The translations under genes were made by a program, and so were the position numbers. The notes below the pieces were generated by a model that was given only the letters and a program-made list of their open reading frames with translations, was not told the origin of the DNA and ran no database searches. Positions 48,531 to 58,153 of a stretch of DNA of 64,000 nucleotides are shown here, piece after piece; the first letter of the stretch is position 1, and each line of letters begins with the position of its first letter. The stretch comes from an uncultured Gammaproteobacteria bacterium. Lineage in GTDB: Bacteria; Pseudomonadota; Gammaproteobacteria; JBGSLN01. The stretch is taken from assembly GCA_963748135.1 (NCBI GenBank), contig CAVVHY010000044.1, positions 1,376 to 65,375 of the forward strand, written 5' to 3'.

Positions 48531-49379
48531 TTACTTGATTGTTGATGGCTTTACAACATGTTTGATACTCTGATTGTGGGATTTCCTTTCATTACCTTCA
48601 TTTTTAGTGACAACTGTACTCTGATGCTCTTTTCTTGAAAAGAAAGTTGGCCATTGCTTAAAAGACTCTAAAGAGGCGCGATAACTTTCTTGCTTTTTTA
48701 TATCTTGCTCGTCTCTAGAAGCAAAATCAGTAAAAGAAAGCACGCCACCTTCAAGGGAGATATCTAAGTATTTTCTTACTGTATGCCTAAGCCAAGCGTA
48801 GTGCTTTTTTTTGAATTCACAATAATTTGCAAGTCGTGTACCATCGAGTACATCAGGATTATTAGCCCAACTGTGTAGAGTTTTGATAGCAGTGAGCAAT
48901 TTGGAATTACCGCGTAAAGGTTCTGGAAGAGATGATAGAATATCATCTAGACATTCATCATCATTAATTTTCCTGATTATATCAACATATATTAGAATTC
49001 CCCTTGATGCCCAAAAGCAGTCTTGGGTAGGTTTAATTTTTGGCGAATTTGTCATACACTCAGCCGACAAATCCTCTGAAAGCGAGTTAACACTATCTTT
49101 AAAATAATCAAATGCCGCTTGTTTTGGTACTAATTCAGAATCTTTCAAATAATCAGCTGCCGTTTTTTTTGGTTTTATTTCTGATAATGGCTTTGCTTCA
49201 GATACTAGCGATAAAGACTTCGTTCTTTCTCTAATGCACTGCTCCCTTTCAGAATCAGAACGATGTCCGTAATAATAAACTAGAAATTCAACAAAACTTA
49301 ATTCATGCACACTGGATAAACTAGCTCCTAAAGGAACTTTCTTTTCACTTTTACATGTTTCTTCATGACTTTTTTTCAT
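48531..49379 (-). CDS. hypothetical protein sharing an N-terminal module with the Rab-like protein
   Basis: QAAFDYFKDSV, YVDIIRKIN..LPEPL..AIKTLHSWANNPD and KKHYAWLRH align to QAAIEYFNENV, RIDILKKIK..LPKKL..VIKVLLMWTHDPS and RSHYAWLQQ of 42708... Preferred start is ATG 49379 (MKKSHEE) with AGGAG upstream; the track start is 49490. Confidence 0.65.
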   Translation of the reverse strand: MKKSHEETCKSEKKVPLGASLSSVHELSFVEFLVYYYGHRSDSEREQCIRERTKSLSLVSEAKPLSEIKPKKTAADYLKDSELVPKQAAFDYFKDSVNSLSEDLSAECMTNSPKIKPTQDCFWASRGILIYVDIIRKINDDECLDDILSSLPEPLRGNSKLLTAIKTLHSWANNPDVLDGTRLANYCEFKKKHYAWLRHTVRKYLDISLEGGVLSFTDFASRDEQDIKKQESYRASLESFKQWPTFFSRKEHQSTVVTKNEGNERKSHNQSIKHVVKPSTIK

Positions 49380-50004
49380 ACTAATACGCACTCCTATATT
49401 GAATATAATGTTTACATCATGGGCAGTATAGCTTTGAGTTTTATCGCTTTGCATCCGTACAAAATACGTAGTAGTGAAATAAAAAAACACAGGAGCCTAC
49501 ATTTCGCGCCATTCTAGAAGTTGTTGAAATAAATCACCTATATTCCCATAACCTTTGCCTCTTTTTTCTCTAATTCGTTAGTAATAGCAACTTTATCATC
49601 ATGTTTAATAGTATCGGTTTAACCGCTTGCACTGACACTTCTACGTCCCGTATTGCTTTTTGCTTTAATTCTCTTTATTTGTACCATATGCATTGCTTGG
49701 CTTTCATCGGTGGATGCCCTGACTGAATAATTAAGCATTGTTTGTCGCCTATGCGGATGATGGATAATGGATTTGTTATTCACACGCTTGGATTTTTGAC
49801 CTAAGAGTTGTTAGAAATATTTCGTAAAGATGATGCATCAAACATCAGTCAAAATGAAGCATTTAATATGCCTGCTAAAGCACAAAAGATGTATGCAAAT
49901 GAGTTTGTAAAGAAATCATCTATATACTATGGTAAGCAACCAAACTTTCATGATATTTTAAAACGAATATTAAGCTTTTCAGATAAATTTCAAAGCTAAT
50001 TAAA

Positions 50005-50658
50005 TTATGTATTGAGGACAGGCTCACATTAATGATTGAACAGGAAGTTATCTTACGAGAAAACCGTCGTTTACAAAATCGCCTTAAAAAAGCAAAGCTC
50101 AAGCACAAGGCAGCTATGGAAGATGTTGATTATCAAATCCCTCGCGGATTAGAGAAAGGCTTAATGCTTGAGCTTGCTAATTGTCAGTGGGTTAAGGCCC
50201 ACCGCAATGTCCTCATCACTGGCCCCACAGGGACAGGCAAAACTTATTTGGCGTGTGCACTTGCTCATAAGGCATGTCTTGAGGGCTATACTTCACATTA
50301 CGCGCGAATGACTCGCTTGATGCCAGAATTAAGTATGGCGCATGCAGATGGTTCTTATATAAAACGCCTAGAACAGTTATCCAAGACTGATGTCCTCATC
50401 CTTGATGATTGGGGGTTACTCTCACTTAATCAAGAACAGCGGCGTGACTTACTTGAAGTCTTGGACGATCGCCATGATAAAACATCTACGATTGTCACAA
50501 GCCAACTGCCGATTAAACTATGGCATGAAAATATCAATGATAATACGCTTGCTGATGCGATCTTCGATCGCTTAGATCACCATGCTTATCGTATAGACCT
50601 CAAAGGTGATTCTGTACGTAAGATCAAAGCCAAGTTGACTGATAAGGAGGTGAAGTAG
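50005..50658 (+). mobile_element. istB: IS21-family istB helper ATPase gene, 5'-truncated; no istA present
   Basis: ..IEDRLTLMIEQEVILRENRRLQNRLKKAKL.., Walker A GPTGTGKTYLA, Walker B VLILDDWG. About 40 N-terminal codons are missing and no upstream transposase was recognised. Confidence 0.85.
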
Positions 50659-50701
50659 TATAAGGACTAGCGTCGTTTCGCTCCGATGGCCGGTTTGGTA
50701 G

Positions 50702-51010
50702 GGTTACATGATCGAGTGCGCAGGAATAGGCATGGTTACTACCACTGGTCGTTGCTTTGTTTGTGGGTTTAACATTGAAGGCCAATTAGGCCTGGGGGAA
50801 GATGACAGCAGAAATGTACCGACAGAGCTTAAATATCCAAGATATCAAGCTCATCAAAAACATATTGCTGAAGCAAATCATTTAAGACGGCAAATAGAAG
50901 ATTCAAAGATGCCGGGTAATCATAGAGGCATTGATCGTAAATCCATGACGGGAAGTGGTGAATGTTTTGATAGTGGGGATCATATGTTAAGAAGGCACAA
51001 TTCACGCTAA
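50702..51010 (+). pseudogene. fragment of an RCC1-repeat gene adjoining the IS21 remnant
   Basis: The frame opens right after a TAG at 50699-50701. GRCFVCGFNIEGQLGLGEDDSRNVPTEL is a typical RCC1 blade motif. Only ~1 repeat is present, followed by unrelated sequence. Confidence 0.5.
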
Positions 51011-51377
51011 CGAAAATGGAATTGTTTGTTCGCAGAATCAAATTAATTCTATGGCGCGCCCTTAAGAGATGGACTCGAGCCATCCCTGGACCTCGGGGCT
51101 TCGCCCCGCGCTACGCGTGTCCAAATTGGAAATCCTGCCAATTTGTCGAACTCGGTTTTAATATATTTCGTCGGGAGTTCGAAGCCAGGTAGGATTATAT
51201 AGAATTTATTATTAACCAATAGGTTGCGATGTTTAATTTGAGCAAAATGTAGTCTAAAATAGCCTGAAATACATAAGAAAAGAGTTAATGATCTACAATA
51301 TTCCTACAGTCTTGATATTGTCAAAATTTTGGCAACATGCTGTTATCCACACATATTTTTAGTTTCTAAATTTCAAT

Positions 51378-51527
51378 ATGTCGATAGAATAGTAAAGTTT
51401 CGACATAAATGATTTATATATCTATGCTATCGACATATCTTGAAATTATGTCGATAAAATCAAAAAATATCGACATATTGTCTTGACAGATTTATAGTAT
51501 CGACGTATCTATAAAATTATGTCGATA
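51378..51527. promoter_or_regulatory. array of seven ATGTCGATA / TATCGACAT boxes upstream of fic
   Basis: Boxes at 51378, 51400 (inv), 51428 (inv), 51448, 51468 (inv), 51498 (inv, TATCGACGT) and 51519. Includes dyads TATCGACAT-N11-ATGTCGATA and TATCGACGT-N12-ATGTCGATA. TTGACA at 51483-51488. The left part is homologous to 38661-38760. Confidence 0.55.
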
Positions 51528-51532
51528 TATTT

Positions 51533-52646
51533 GTGAAATTTAGACGTATTATGAAAATTGATGTCACTAAACCTTATAATAATTTGCCCAAATTACCACC
51601 TCAACAAGATATTGAGAGTAAAAAGATATTAAAAAAATGTATTGAGGCACGGGCTTCTTTAGCGGAGCTGAGAAAAGCCGCAGAGATGTTGCCCAAATCA
51701 AAGTGTTTTGATAAATACTCTTCCCTTATTAGAGGCTCAAGCAAGCTCAGAGATTGAAAATATAGTGACTACAACAGATAAGTTGTTTCGGTATGCTAAT
51801 AGCATATCTGAGGCTCATATTGATCCTGCCACAAAAGAGGCTTTGCGCTATAGAACAGCCTTGAGAGAAGGATTTGAAGCTATTAAGTCACGACCAATGA
51901 ATACTGTACTAGCAGAAAAGCTATGTTCAACTTTACATGGTATTGAAATGACTGTTAGAAAAGTTCCCGGAACTACTTTATCGAATCAAGCAAAGGGAGA
52001 AATAATTTATACCCCTCCAGAAGGTGAAATACTTCTAAGAAATAAACTTCAAAATTGGGAAGAGTTTTTAAATGATGAAAGTGATATTGATCCTCTGATA
52101 AAAATGGCAGTGGGGCATTATCAATTTGAAGCAATTCATCCATTTACAGACGGCAATGGTCGTACCGGAAGAATATTGAATATTTTATATTTGATCGAAC
52201 AAGAATTATTAAATATACCCATACTGTATTTGAGTCGTTATATTATCAAGAATAAAACGGAGTATTATCAAAATCTATTAAATGTGACGTTAAAAAAAGA
52301 TTGGGAGTCTTGGCTCATATACATGTTAGATGCTGTTGCAAATACATCCCAATGGACATGCAATAAGATTAAAATCATAGTTGACCTGTTGGAAGAAACG
52401 ACTGAGCATGTTAAAAATAAATTACCAAAAATATACTCAAGAGAATTGGTCGAGCTATTGTTTGTGCAACCATACTGTAGGATATCTAATGTAGTAGATG
52501 AGGGTATAGTAAAAAGACAATCTGCTTCTGAGTACTTAACAAAACTTGTTGATGAGAATATCTTAAATGAAATAAAGGTAGGGAGAGAGAAAATATATAT
52601 TAATATTAGATTTATGGATATCTTGTTTAAAGAAGGTGGCTATTGA
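51533..52646 (+). pseudogene. fic: Fic-domain (AMPylase family) gene split by a 1-nt frameshift
   Basis: Core motif HPFTDGNGRTGR (~52137-52172). The Fic_N-like start ..[16 protein letters not shown] shifts frame at GCCCAAATC (51691-51699). The +1 frame continues [22 protein letters not shown], as expected for an intact protein. The track splits it into 51533..51757 and 51708..52646. Confidence 0.8.
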
Positions 52647-53032
52647 TGGTTATGTGTATTTGGTGCCGTTTGTAAGAAAGGATGAACAAACTGTATTTCT
52701 TAAAACTATTTTTCCAAGCCGAAAGTTGACAAAAGAGTATTTAGGCAAGGTAGGTGAATCATGAAGAAGAGGCGACGTGTAATTAATGCGAAGCTTGATC
52801 AGGAAGAGTAAGAGCTTTTAAAGTCTGTCGAGCGAGGTGAATGGGTAACAGACAGAGATGCCAAAAAAGAGGCCGTTTTTGCTAAAACAGTCGCGACTAA
52901 CGCTTTACGCAAAGATGCTCGTGTAACATTACGAATCTCAACAGCGGATTTAGAGCGACTTAAAAAACGAGCTGTTTAAAAGGGTTATCGTATCAAACCT
53001 TTATTGCAAGTGCTTTGCACGAATACGCTGCG
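52640..53032 (+). pseudogene. decayed second copy of brnT (3' third only) and brnA (two in-frame stops, 3' end replaced)
   Basis: ~90% nt identity to 39015-39415. ATTGATGGTTATGTGTATTTGGTGCC against ATTGATGACTATGTTTATTTGGTGCC, so the fic stop codon lies inside the brnT remnant. brnA has a TAA at 52809-52811 and a second TAA in ..KKRAV*. Its end is replaced by a family-C MITE. Confidence 0.8.
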
Positions 53033-53033
53033 T

Positions 53034-53183
53034 ATTTATGTGGTCAGGTCGCTTCCAAGTAACAATCGTGTTAGCTGTTAAAAAGCTTAGGATACACATG
53101 ACAACCATTCATAAAGTTCAAGGACAGCAGAGACATGACCCCATAAATGTTGCAAAATGGCTATGATGAAAGAACTGACACCG
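53034..53183. repeat. family-C MITE copy, abutting the APC permease stop codon
   Basis: TATTTATGTGGTCAGGTCGCTTCCAAGTAACAATCGTG...GTTGCAAAATGGCTATGATGAAAGAACTGACACCG, about 90% identical to 60234-60386. Confidence 0.85.
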
Positions 53184-54482
53184 CTATAGTTTATCTTTAG
53201 AAAGTTTAATTTTGCGCCGCAAATAAATCTCATAAAAAGCTTCTATTGACGCTGAGGACAATATCATACCAGCTAGGACCAATAAATATATAGGTTTTGT
53301 TTGATAGGTGTACCAAATTAGCGATAGAAATGCGCAAAGACACAGGCCGGCACCAATAATTGATATGAAAGCATAACTATTAGTTTTATTACTTAAACGG
53401 GTGTTGGCTATATTAACCGCAGCAAATATTAGTAAAAATCCAGAACTGCCCATTAGAGCAAGATTTTCTAAATTAATAAAATTTGCTGATAGTAAAGTGA
53501 GAAAGCTTGTAATTAGTAATCCAACTATGGGTTTGTTCCATATTTTCTTTTCTAATATTTCGGGCAACTCTCCTTCTGTAGCGATAATATAACTTAGACG
53601 GGTTGCCCCATAGATGGTTGCATTAATAGCTGATGCTGTAGATAACAAAGCGGCTATAGTAATTAATACAAAGCCAACATTTCCAAAAGTAGGCTTAGCT
53701 GCTGCTGCCAAAGTATAATCTTTTGCTTCAATAATTTGAACCATTGACAAACAACCAACTGTGACAATAGCAATAACTACATACAATAAAATGACAACTA
53801 AAACTGAAGTAAAAAATGCACGAGGTAAAGCTTTGGCAGGATCTTTGATATCCTTTGCTGTATTCGCAATCAGCTCAAAACCCTCGTATGCCAAAAATAT
53901 AATCATGCCGCCAATAAATATGCTAGTTGGAGAAGACCAATTATGATATGCTAAACGGTCAGGAGTTATATTCCAGATTCCAAATGCAATAAAGATAATT
54001 AATATAAAAACTTTGATGAAAACGATAAAATCCTCTAAAGCACCAACAATTTTTACAGCAAATAGATTTAAAATTGTTAAAAAAACTATTATTGAAGTAA
54101 TTGCTATATGAAGGAAATAGGGGCGCATTGAAGCTGAAAAAAAAGTAACAAAATAATTACCGAAGGCCGTGGCATATAATGACAGCATGATTATATAGCT
54201 CAGCCAAAGAAGAATATTCATCGTACCAGTAAAAAAACTAGAGCTGAAGCCTTTGTCAATAAAATAGACTGTTCCACCAGCATTCTGGAGCGCGACTGAT
54301 AGACGAGCATAAGAGTATGCGGTAAACAACGCAACTACGCCACCAAGAAAAAAAGCAATTGGTGAAGCGCCACCTGTTAGCTGTACTGATAACCCTAAAA
54401 CAGCAAAAATACCACCACCAACCATCCCGCCAATACCTATTGACGTTGCTTCCCAATATCCAATTTTTTTCTTATCAATCAT
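53184..54482 (-). CDS. APC-superfamily amino acid transporter
   Basis: 432 aa, ~12 helices. The N-terminal GIGGMVGGGIF.. is typical of APC/AAT family permeases. Confidence 0.8.
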   Translation of the reverse strand: MIDKKKIGYWEATSIGIGGMVGGGIFAVLGLSVQLTGGASPIAFFLGGVVALFTAYSYARLSVALQNAGGTVYFIDKGFSSSFFTGTMNILLWLSYIIMLSLYATAFGNYFVTFFSASMRPYFLHIAITSIIVFLTILNLFAVKIVGALEDFIVFIKVFILIIFIAFGIWNITPDRLAYHNWSSPTSIFIGGMIIFLAYEGFELIANTAKDIKDPAKALPRAFFTSVLVVILLYVVIAIVTVGCLSMVQIIEAKDYTLAAAAKPTFGNVGFVLITIAALLSTASAINATIYGATRLSYIIATEGELPEILEKKIWNKPIVGLLITSFLTLLSANFINLENLALMGSSGFLLIFAAVNIANTRLSNKTNSYAFISIIGAGLCLCAFLSLIWYTYQTKPIYLLVLAGMILSSASIEAFYEIYLRRKIKLSKDKL

Positions 54483-54759
54483 ATTTTTCTATTTTATTTA
54501 AGAATTGACTCAAACTCACAGCTATTTATAAATATACCTATCAAACAAGAAATTAATCAAGAGAAATTCAAAATCAGTTGTATCTTAAGCACATAGGATA
54601 CACCTAAGCACGTCCTATCGAAAGATGAAGACTGGTTCAACTTGTAAACTTTTTCTCGGCGAATCAATGTAGCTTAATAAAGTTCTATTTCTCCTAGGAA
54701 TAGGGAGTAAACATGACTCAAAGTGACTAATATTGTTGTAGTGATCTTCGAACCGCTAA

Positions 54760-55462
54760 ACCGGAGACATAGAAAGCAAGGAGAGAATGTGGGTCGTAAC
54801 CGAGTCCTCCGTTTAATGCGAGCGCATGATTTAAAGGCCGTTGGCAAAAGGAAGTTTAAGGCAATCACAAACTCAAGGCATAGTCATGCTGTCTCTGACA
54901 ACTTGGTTAAACAGCAATTTAACGTATCAAGGCCAAACCAAATCTTTGTGTCTGACATCAGTTATGTTGCAACCAATGAGTGCTGGCTTTACCTGGCGGT
55001 GACCATGGATTTATTTTCAAGGAAAGTGGTGAGTTGGGCTATGGATAAGCGCATGACACGAGAGCTGGTCATAAAGGCATTGTTATCGGCTTATTGGCAA
55101 CGAAAGCCCAAGGGTGATGTGATTCATCATTCTGATCGTGGCGTACAGTATGCATCTCATGATTTTCAACGCCACCTAAAGACGCTTGGGATGATTGGCA
55201 GTATGAGCGCGAAAGGATGTTGCTATGACAACGCTGTGGTTGAGAGTTTCTTTCATACGCTTAAGGTTGAATGTATTTATCAACACCGTTTTTCAACACG
55301 AGAGGAGGCAAAATTAGAAATATTTAAATTCATTGAAATGTTTTATAATACAAAGCGAATGCATTCAACTCTTGGCTATTATTCGCCTAATGAGTTTGAA
55401 GCACAGTTCGAGATCAAAAATACGGCTTAGATAATCCTCCGGAAAAGCGGATCAAGATCAAT
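54760..55462 (+). mobile_element. IS3-family orfB (integrase-core) fragment with the right IS end, 5'-truncated
   Basis: ..VGRNRVLRLMRAHDLKA.., DDE/rve core DISYVATNECWLYLAVTMDLFSRKVVSW and HHSDRGVQYAS. No orfA is present. The end is taken at ..CAAGATCA (55462), as in the copy at 35480. Confidence 0.85.
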
Positions 55463-55902
55463 CCCATCACCGCAACGCTAGAGCGACTAAACGCTTTATA
55501 AAAAAAGCTCTTACAAGCAAGTCCAAATAGTCATGCCAGCGTGATTAATACGGATAAAAATCTAGCGTATCATTAAGTGATTGGTGAGCTTAAAGAGGAA
55601 CAAAGTTTAAAGGCTAATATCAAGCACTGGCAAGTAAAATACCCTAATAATCCTCTTGAAGCCGATCATGGAAAATTTAAAATCTTTATTAAGCCTGTGA
55701 GAGGTTTTCAATCGACGAAAATGGTCTTTGTCACCATCAAAGGTTTTAAAGTTATGCGCTTATTTAGAAAGGGACAATTTAATGCAAGGCTCTATGGCTG
55801 CAGAACAGAAGTTTCATTTATTAATGAGCTGTTTGGAATTTACAGTTGATATCTGTCAAAAAATAGGTCTTTTTAAATAAGTTTAGTTTTTGCAACAGAG
55901 CC
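55463..55902 (+). mobile_element. IS6-family (IS26-like) transposase 3' remnant with right terminal inverted repeat
   Basis: ..VINTDKNLAYH*VIGELK.., HWQVKYPNNPLEADHGKFK, GFQSTKMVFVTIKGFKVMRLFRKGQ (cf IS26 INTDKAPAY, HRQIKYRNNVIECDHGKLK, GFKSMKTAYATIKGIEVMRALRKGQ). Contains internal stops and frameshifts. The terminal TTGCAACAGAGCC (55890-55902) is about the complement of the IS26 IR GGCACTGTTGCAA. Confidence 0.7.
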
Positions 55903-55940
55903 CTCTAAGCTACTGTTGGGGAGGCCCCCGTTCTACTTGC

Positions 55941-55957
55941 TCCGTATAGGATACGGA
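55941..55957. promoter_or_regulatory. TCCGTA-N5-TACGGA dyad (perfect)
   Basis: TCCGTAtaggaTACGGA, 79 bp upstream of the ATG at 56036. Confidence 0.5.
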
Positions 55958-56035
55958 TTTATAATATATTAATCTGCTGTAAAATTAATCAACCCGAATC
56001 ACAGGTGAAGTTGAGGGCATTATTAAGGAGTTCTT

Positions 56036-58060
56036 ATGTTTCGTGTTGGCCACCCGGATGATTATGAATCTCGAAAAGAAGAAATCAAAAAAGAGACTGT
56101 AATAATAGATGAAAAAGAAGTTGTAACTTATTGGTATAAAGAAGAATGGTTACGAAAACATGGGGTCAATTGGTTTCCTTCAGAAGAATTATTAAATAAA
56201 AAATCAGATAATGATAAGGATTCCTTAGCAATATTGAGCGATGCTGCAAAACAATTATACCGACATTTGAATTCTCCTACATTATCCACCGAGCAGCGAG
56301 CTCCAGAAACAATAGGTATGGCCGAAGCTGTGCAGGATGATGGAAAAGTCAGTGACGCTATCATAATGTGTACTAATGTTGATAAAAGGGCTTTAACGCA
56401 GCTCAAAACCTATTTATCTTCAGATAAATTTAACGCATTCATATCTGCAATTAAAAAGACAATAGAAAGTGGCGGTAAAATATATTTCTCTGGTTGTGGT
56501 TCTAGTGGACGTCTAGGGTTGTTACTTGAAAAAATACTGCGAGAAAAATTCCCGGAATATCAAAAACAATTTGTTAGTATTATTGGAGGAGGAGATTTTG
56601 CGTTAGTCAGTGCTATTGAAAGATTCGAAGATAATAAAGACTATGCTATTCAACAATTAGAACAACAAGGATTTGAGTTAGGCAAAGATTTATTGATTGG
56701 CAATAGTGCCAGCGCAAATGCAACTTTTGTAAATGCACAAATTAATCATGCTGCCGAAGAAACAGTACCAAAATATTTAAAACCTTGGTTGATTTGTTGT
56801 AATGATAATAAAGCGCTTGAAGTAACAAAGAAAAACACCGATAAACAACATCCCATTGTAAAAAATCCAGAGAAGATGAATATTTTATCCTTAGATGTTG
56901 GTGCAAATGCATTATCTGGTAGTTCACGTATGCAATCTGCAACGGTTACTCAATTAGCAATATATTTTGCAATCATCCAAGGTTTAAAATCAGAATCAGA
57001 TTGTGAAAAGCAACTGGATTTATTACTGGGATTGCTTAAAGAAGCAAAATTAGAAGATACATTACAGGGTTTGATTATTGCTGAATCTGCATGTTATGAC
57101 AATGGGGATCGCATCATACGTAAGATCGATCCAAAACTGGGTATCACTGCTTTTACAGATGGCACTGAACTTGCACCGACGTTTAGTATGAATCCCATTG
57201 AGAATTTGCTGCTCGGAACCTGTACAGATGAAAAAGCCAGCTGGATTATACCAAGCATTATTGGTGCTGAAACTCAAGAAGAAGCTTTCAAGCTGATCAT
57301 TGGGCGTGAGCCTTATAGCCTTAATTGGGAGCATGAGCCAAAAACCATGCCAGATAAATTAGCAGGATTCGACTTTAGTGAGTATGCAGCCAAAACCCGA
57401 CAACAATATTTAGATAAAAAACGCCAACAAATTGAATTTGAGATTAAATTAAGTGAGGATGAGAATCAATTGATTCTAAATTTAAATCATGGTCAGATAA
57501 AAAAAACATTTGATCTCACTGGTTTAGATCCTTTATGTAAGCAAACCTTCGTAAAAATCATACTGAACACATTATCAACCTTAGTGATGGGGCGACAAAG
57601 AAAGTATACCAGTAACTTAATGCGTAATGTGGCCGTTAGTAATGCAAAATTATTTGCGCGCGTTCTTCGATACGTTAAAGACGAATTAGCAAATAATTTC
57701 CCAGATTTTAAAAAATTACTCCGTATACCAGGTGCTGTTTCACCTATTGAAGAAGTTATAGCTTTAATCATTGCCGACGTAAAACTTCAAAATATGAGTT
57801 ATGAATCTATCGTTGCTGAGGTAATGAAAGTCATCAAAAAAAATATTAATATGCCTGGAGCTGAAATAGCGCCCATACAAGAAAAGCAAACTATTAAGTC
57901 TGTAATCAATAAATCCGATGTGGTTGAAAATGACAGTGAAGGAGATAAAGGAAGAGCACCAAATGATTTTGGCCTCTTTAAACGGCGCTTGAATAAAGAA
58001 TTACAATTTAAGGTTGAATTCAATCAGCTGGGTGCAAAAATAATGGGTATGAAGCGATAA
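56036..58060 (+). CDS. long SIS-domain protein of the MurQ / glucokinase-regulator (GCKR) family
   Basis: IYFSGCGSSGRLGLL (cf GAGTSGRLG), SGSSRMQSATVTQLAI (cf GSTRLKAGTAQK), NTLSTLVMGRQRKYTSNLMRNVAVSNAKLFARVLRYV (cf NMLST..M...GKVY.NLMVDV.A.N.KL..RA.RIV). At 674 aa it resembles two-lobed GCKR rather than ~300-aa MurQ. AAGGAG upstream. Confidence 0.55.
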   Translation: MFRVGHPDDYESRKEEIKKETVIIDEKEVVTYWYKEEWLRKHGVNWFPSEELLNKKSDNDKDSLAILSDAAKQLYRHLNSPTLSTEQRAPETIGMAEAVQDDGKVSDAIIMCTNVDKRALTQLKTYLSSDKFNAFISAIKKTIESGGKIYFSGCGSSGRLGLLLEKILREKFPEYQKQFVSIIGGGDFALVSAIERFEDNKDYAIQQLEQQGFELGKDLLIGNSASANATFVNAQINHAAEETVPKYLKPWLICCNDNKALEVTKKNTDKQHPIVKNPEKMNILSLDVGANALSGSSRMQSATVTQLAIYFAIIQGLKSESDCEKQLDLLLGLLKEAKLEDTLQGLIIAESACYDNGDRIIRKIDPKLGITAFTDGTELAPTFSMNPIENLLLGTCTDEKASWIIPSIIGAETQEEAFKLIIGREPYSLNWEHEPKTMPDKLAGFDFSEYAAKTRQQYLDKKRQQIEFEIKLSEDENQLILNLNHGQIKKTFDLTGLDPLCKQTFVKIILNTLSTLVMGRQRKYTSNLMRNVAVSNAKLFARVLRYVKDELANNFPDFKKLLRIPGAVSPIEEVIALIIADVKLQNMSYESIVAEVMKVIKKNINMPGAEIAPIQEKQTIKSVINKSDVVENDSEGDKGRAPNDFGLFKRRLNKELQFKVEFNQLGAKIMGMKR

Positions 58061-58080
58061 AAATTGTATCTTCATCTGTG

Positions 58081-58140
58081 GTAGCTCAGACTTAATCTGA
58101 CAGTTTCCGATTTTTCAGAAGTGACTGTCAGATCAAGTCG
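58081..58140. repeat. family-B palindromic element between two convergent stop codons
   Basis: GTAGCTCAGACTTAATCTGACAGTTTCCGATTTTTCAGAAGTGACTGTCAGATCAAGTCG. Possible bidirectional terminator hairpin. Confidence 0.8.
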
Positions 58141-58153
58141 ACACTTTTACATC

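Noticed and set aside
51051-51130. Possible tRNA-like sequence or att repeat: ATGGCGCGCCC is shared with the tRNA-Arg 3' end (62199-62209), and there is a nearby T-arm-like GTCGGGAGTTCGAA at ~51163.
   Set aside because: It does not fold as a tRNA (no acceptor pairing). An 11-mer match is expected by chance many times in 64 kb, so it cannot be called the far att site of the island.
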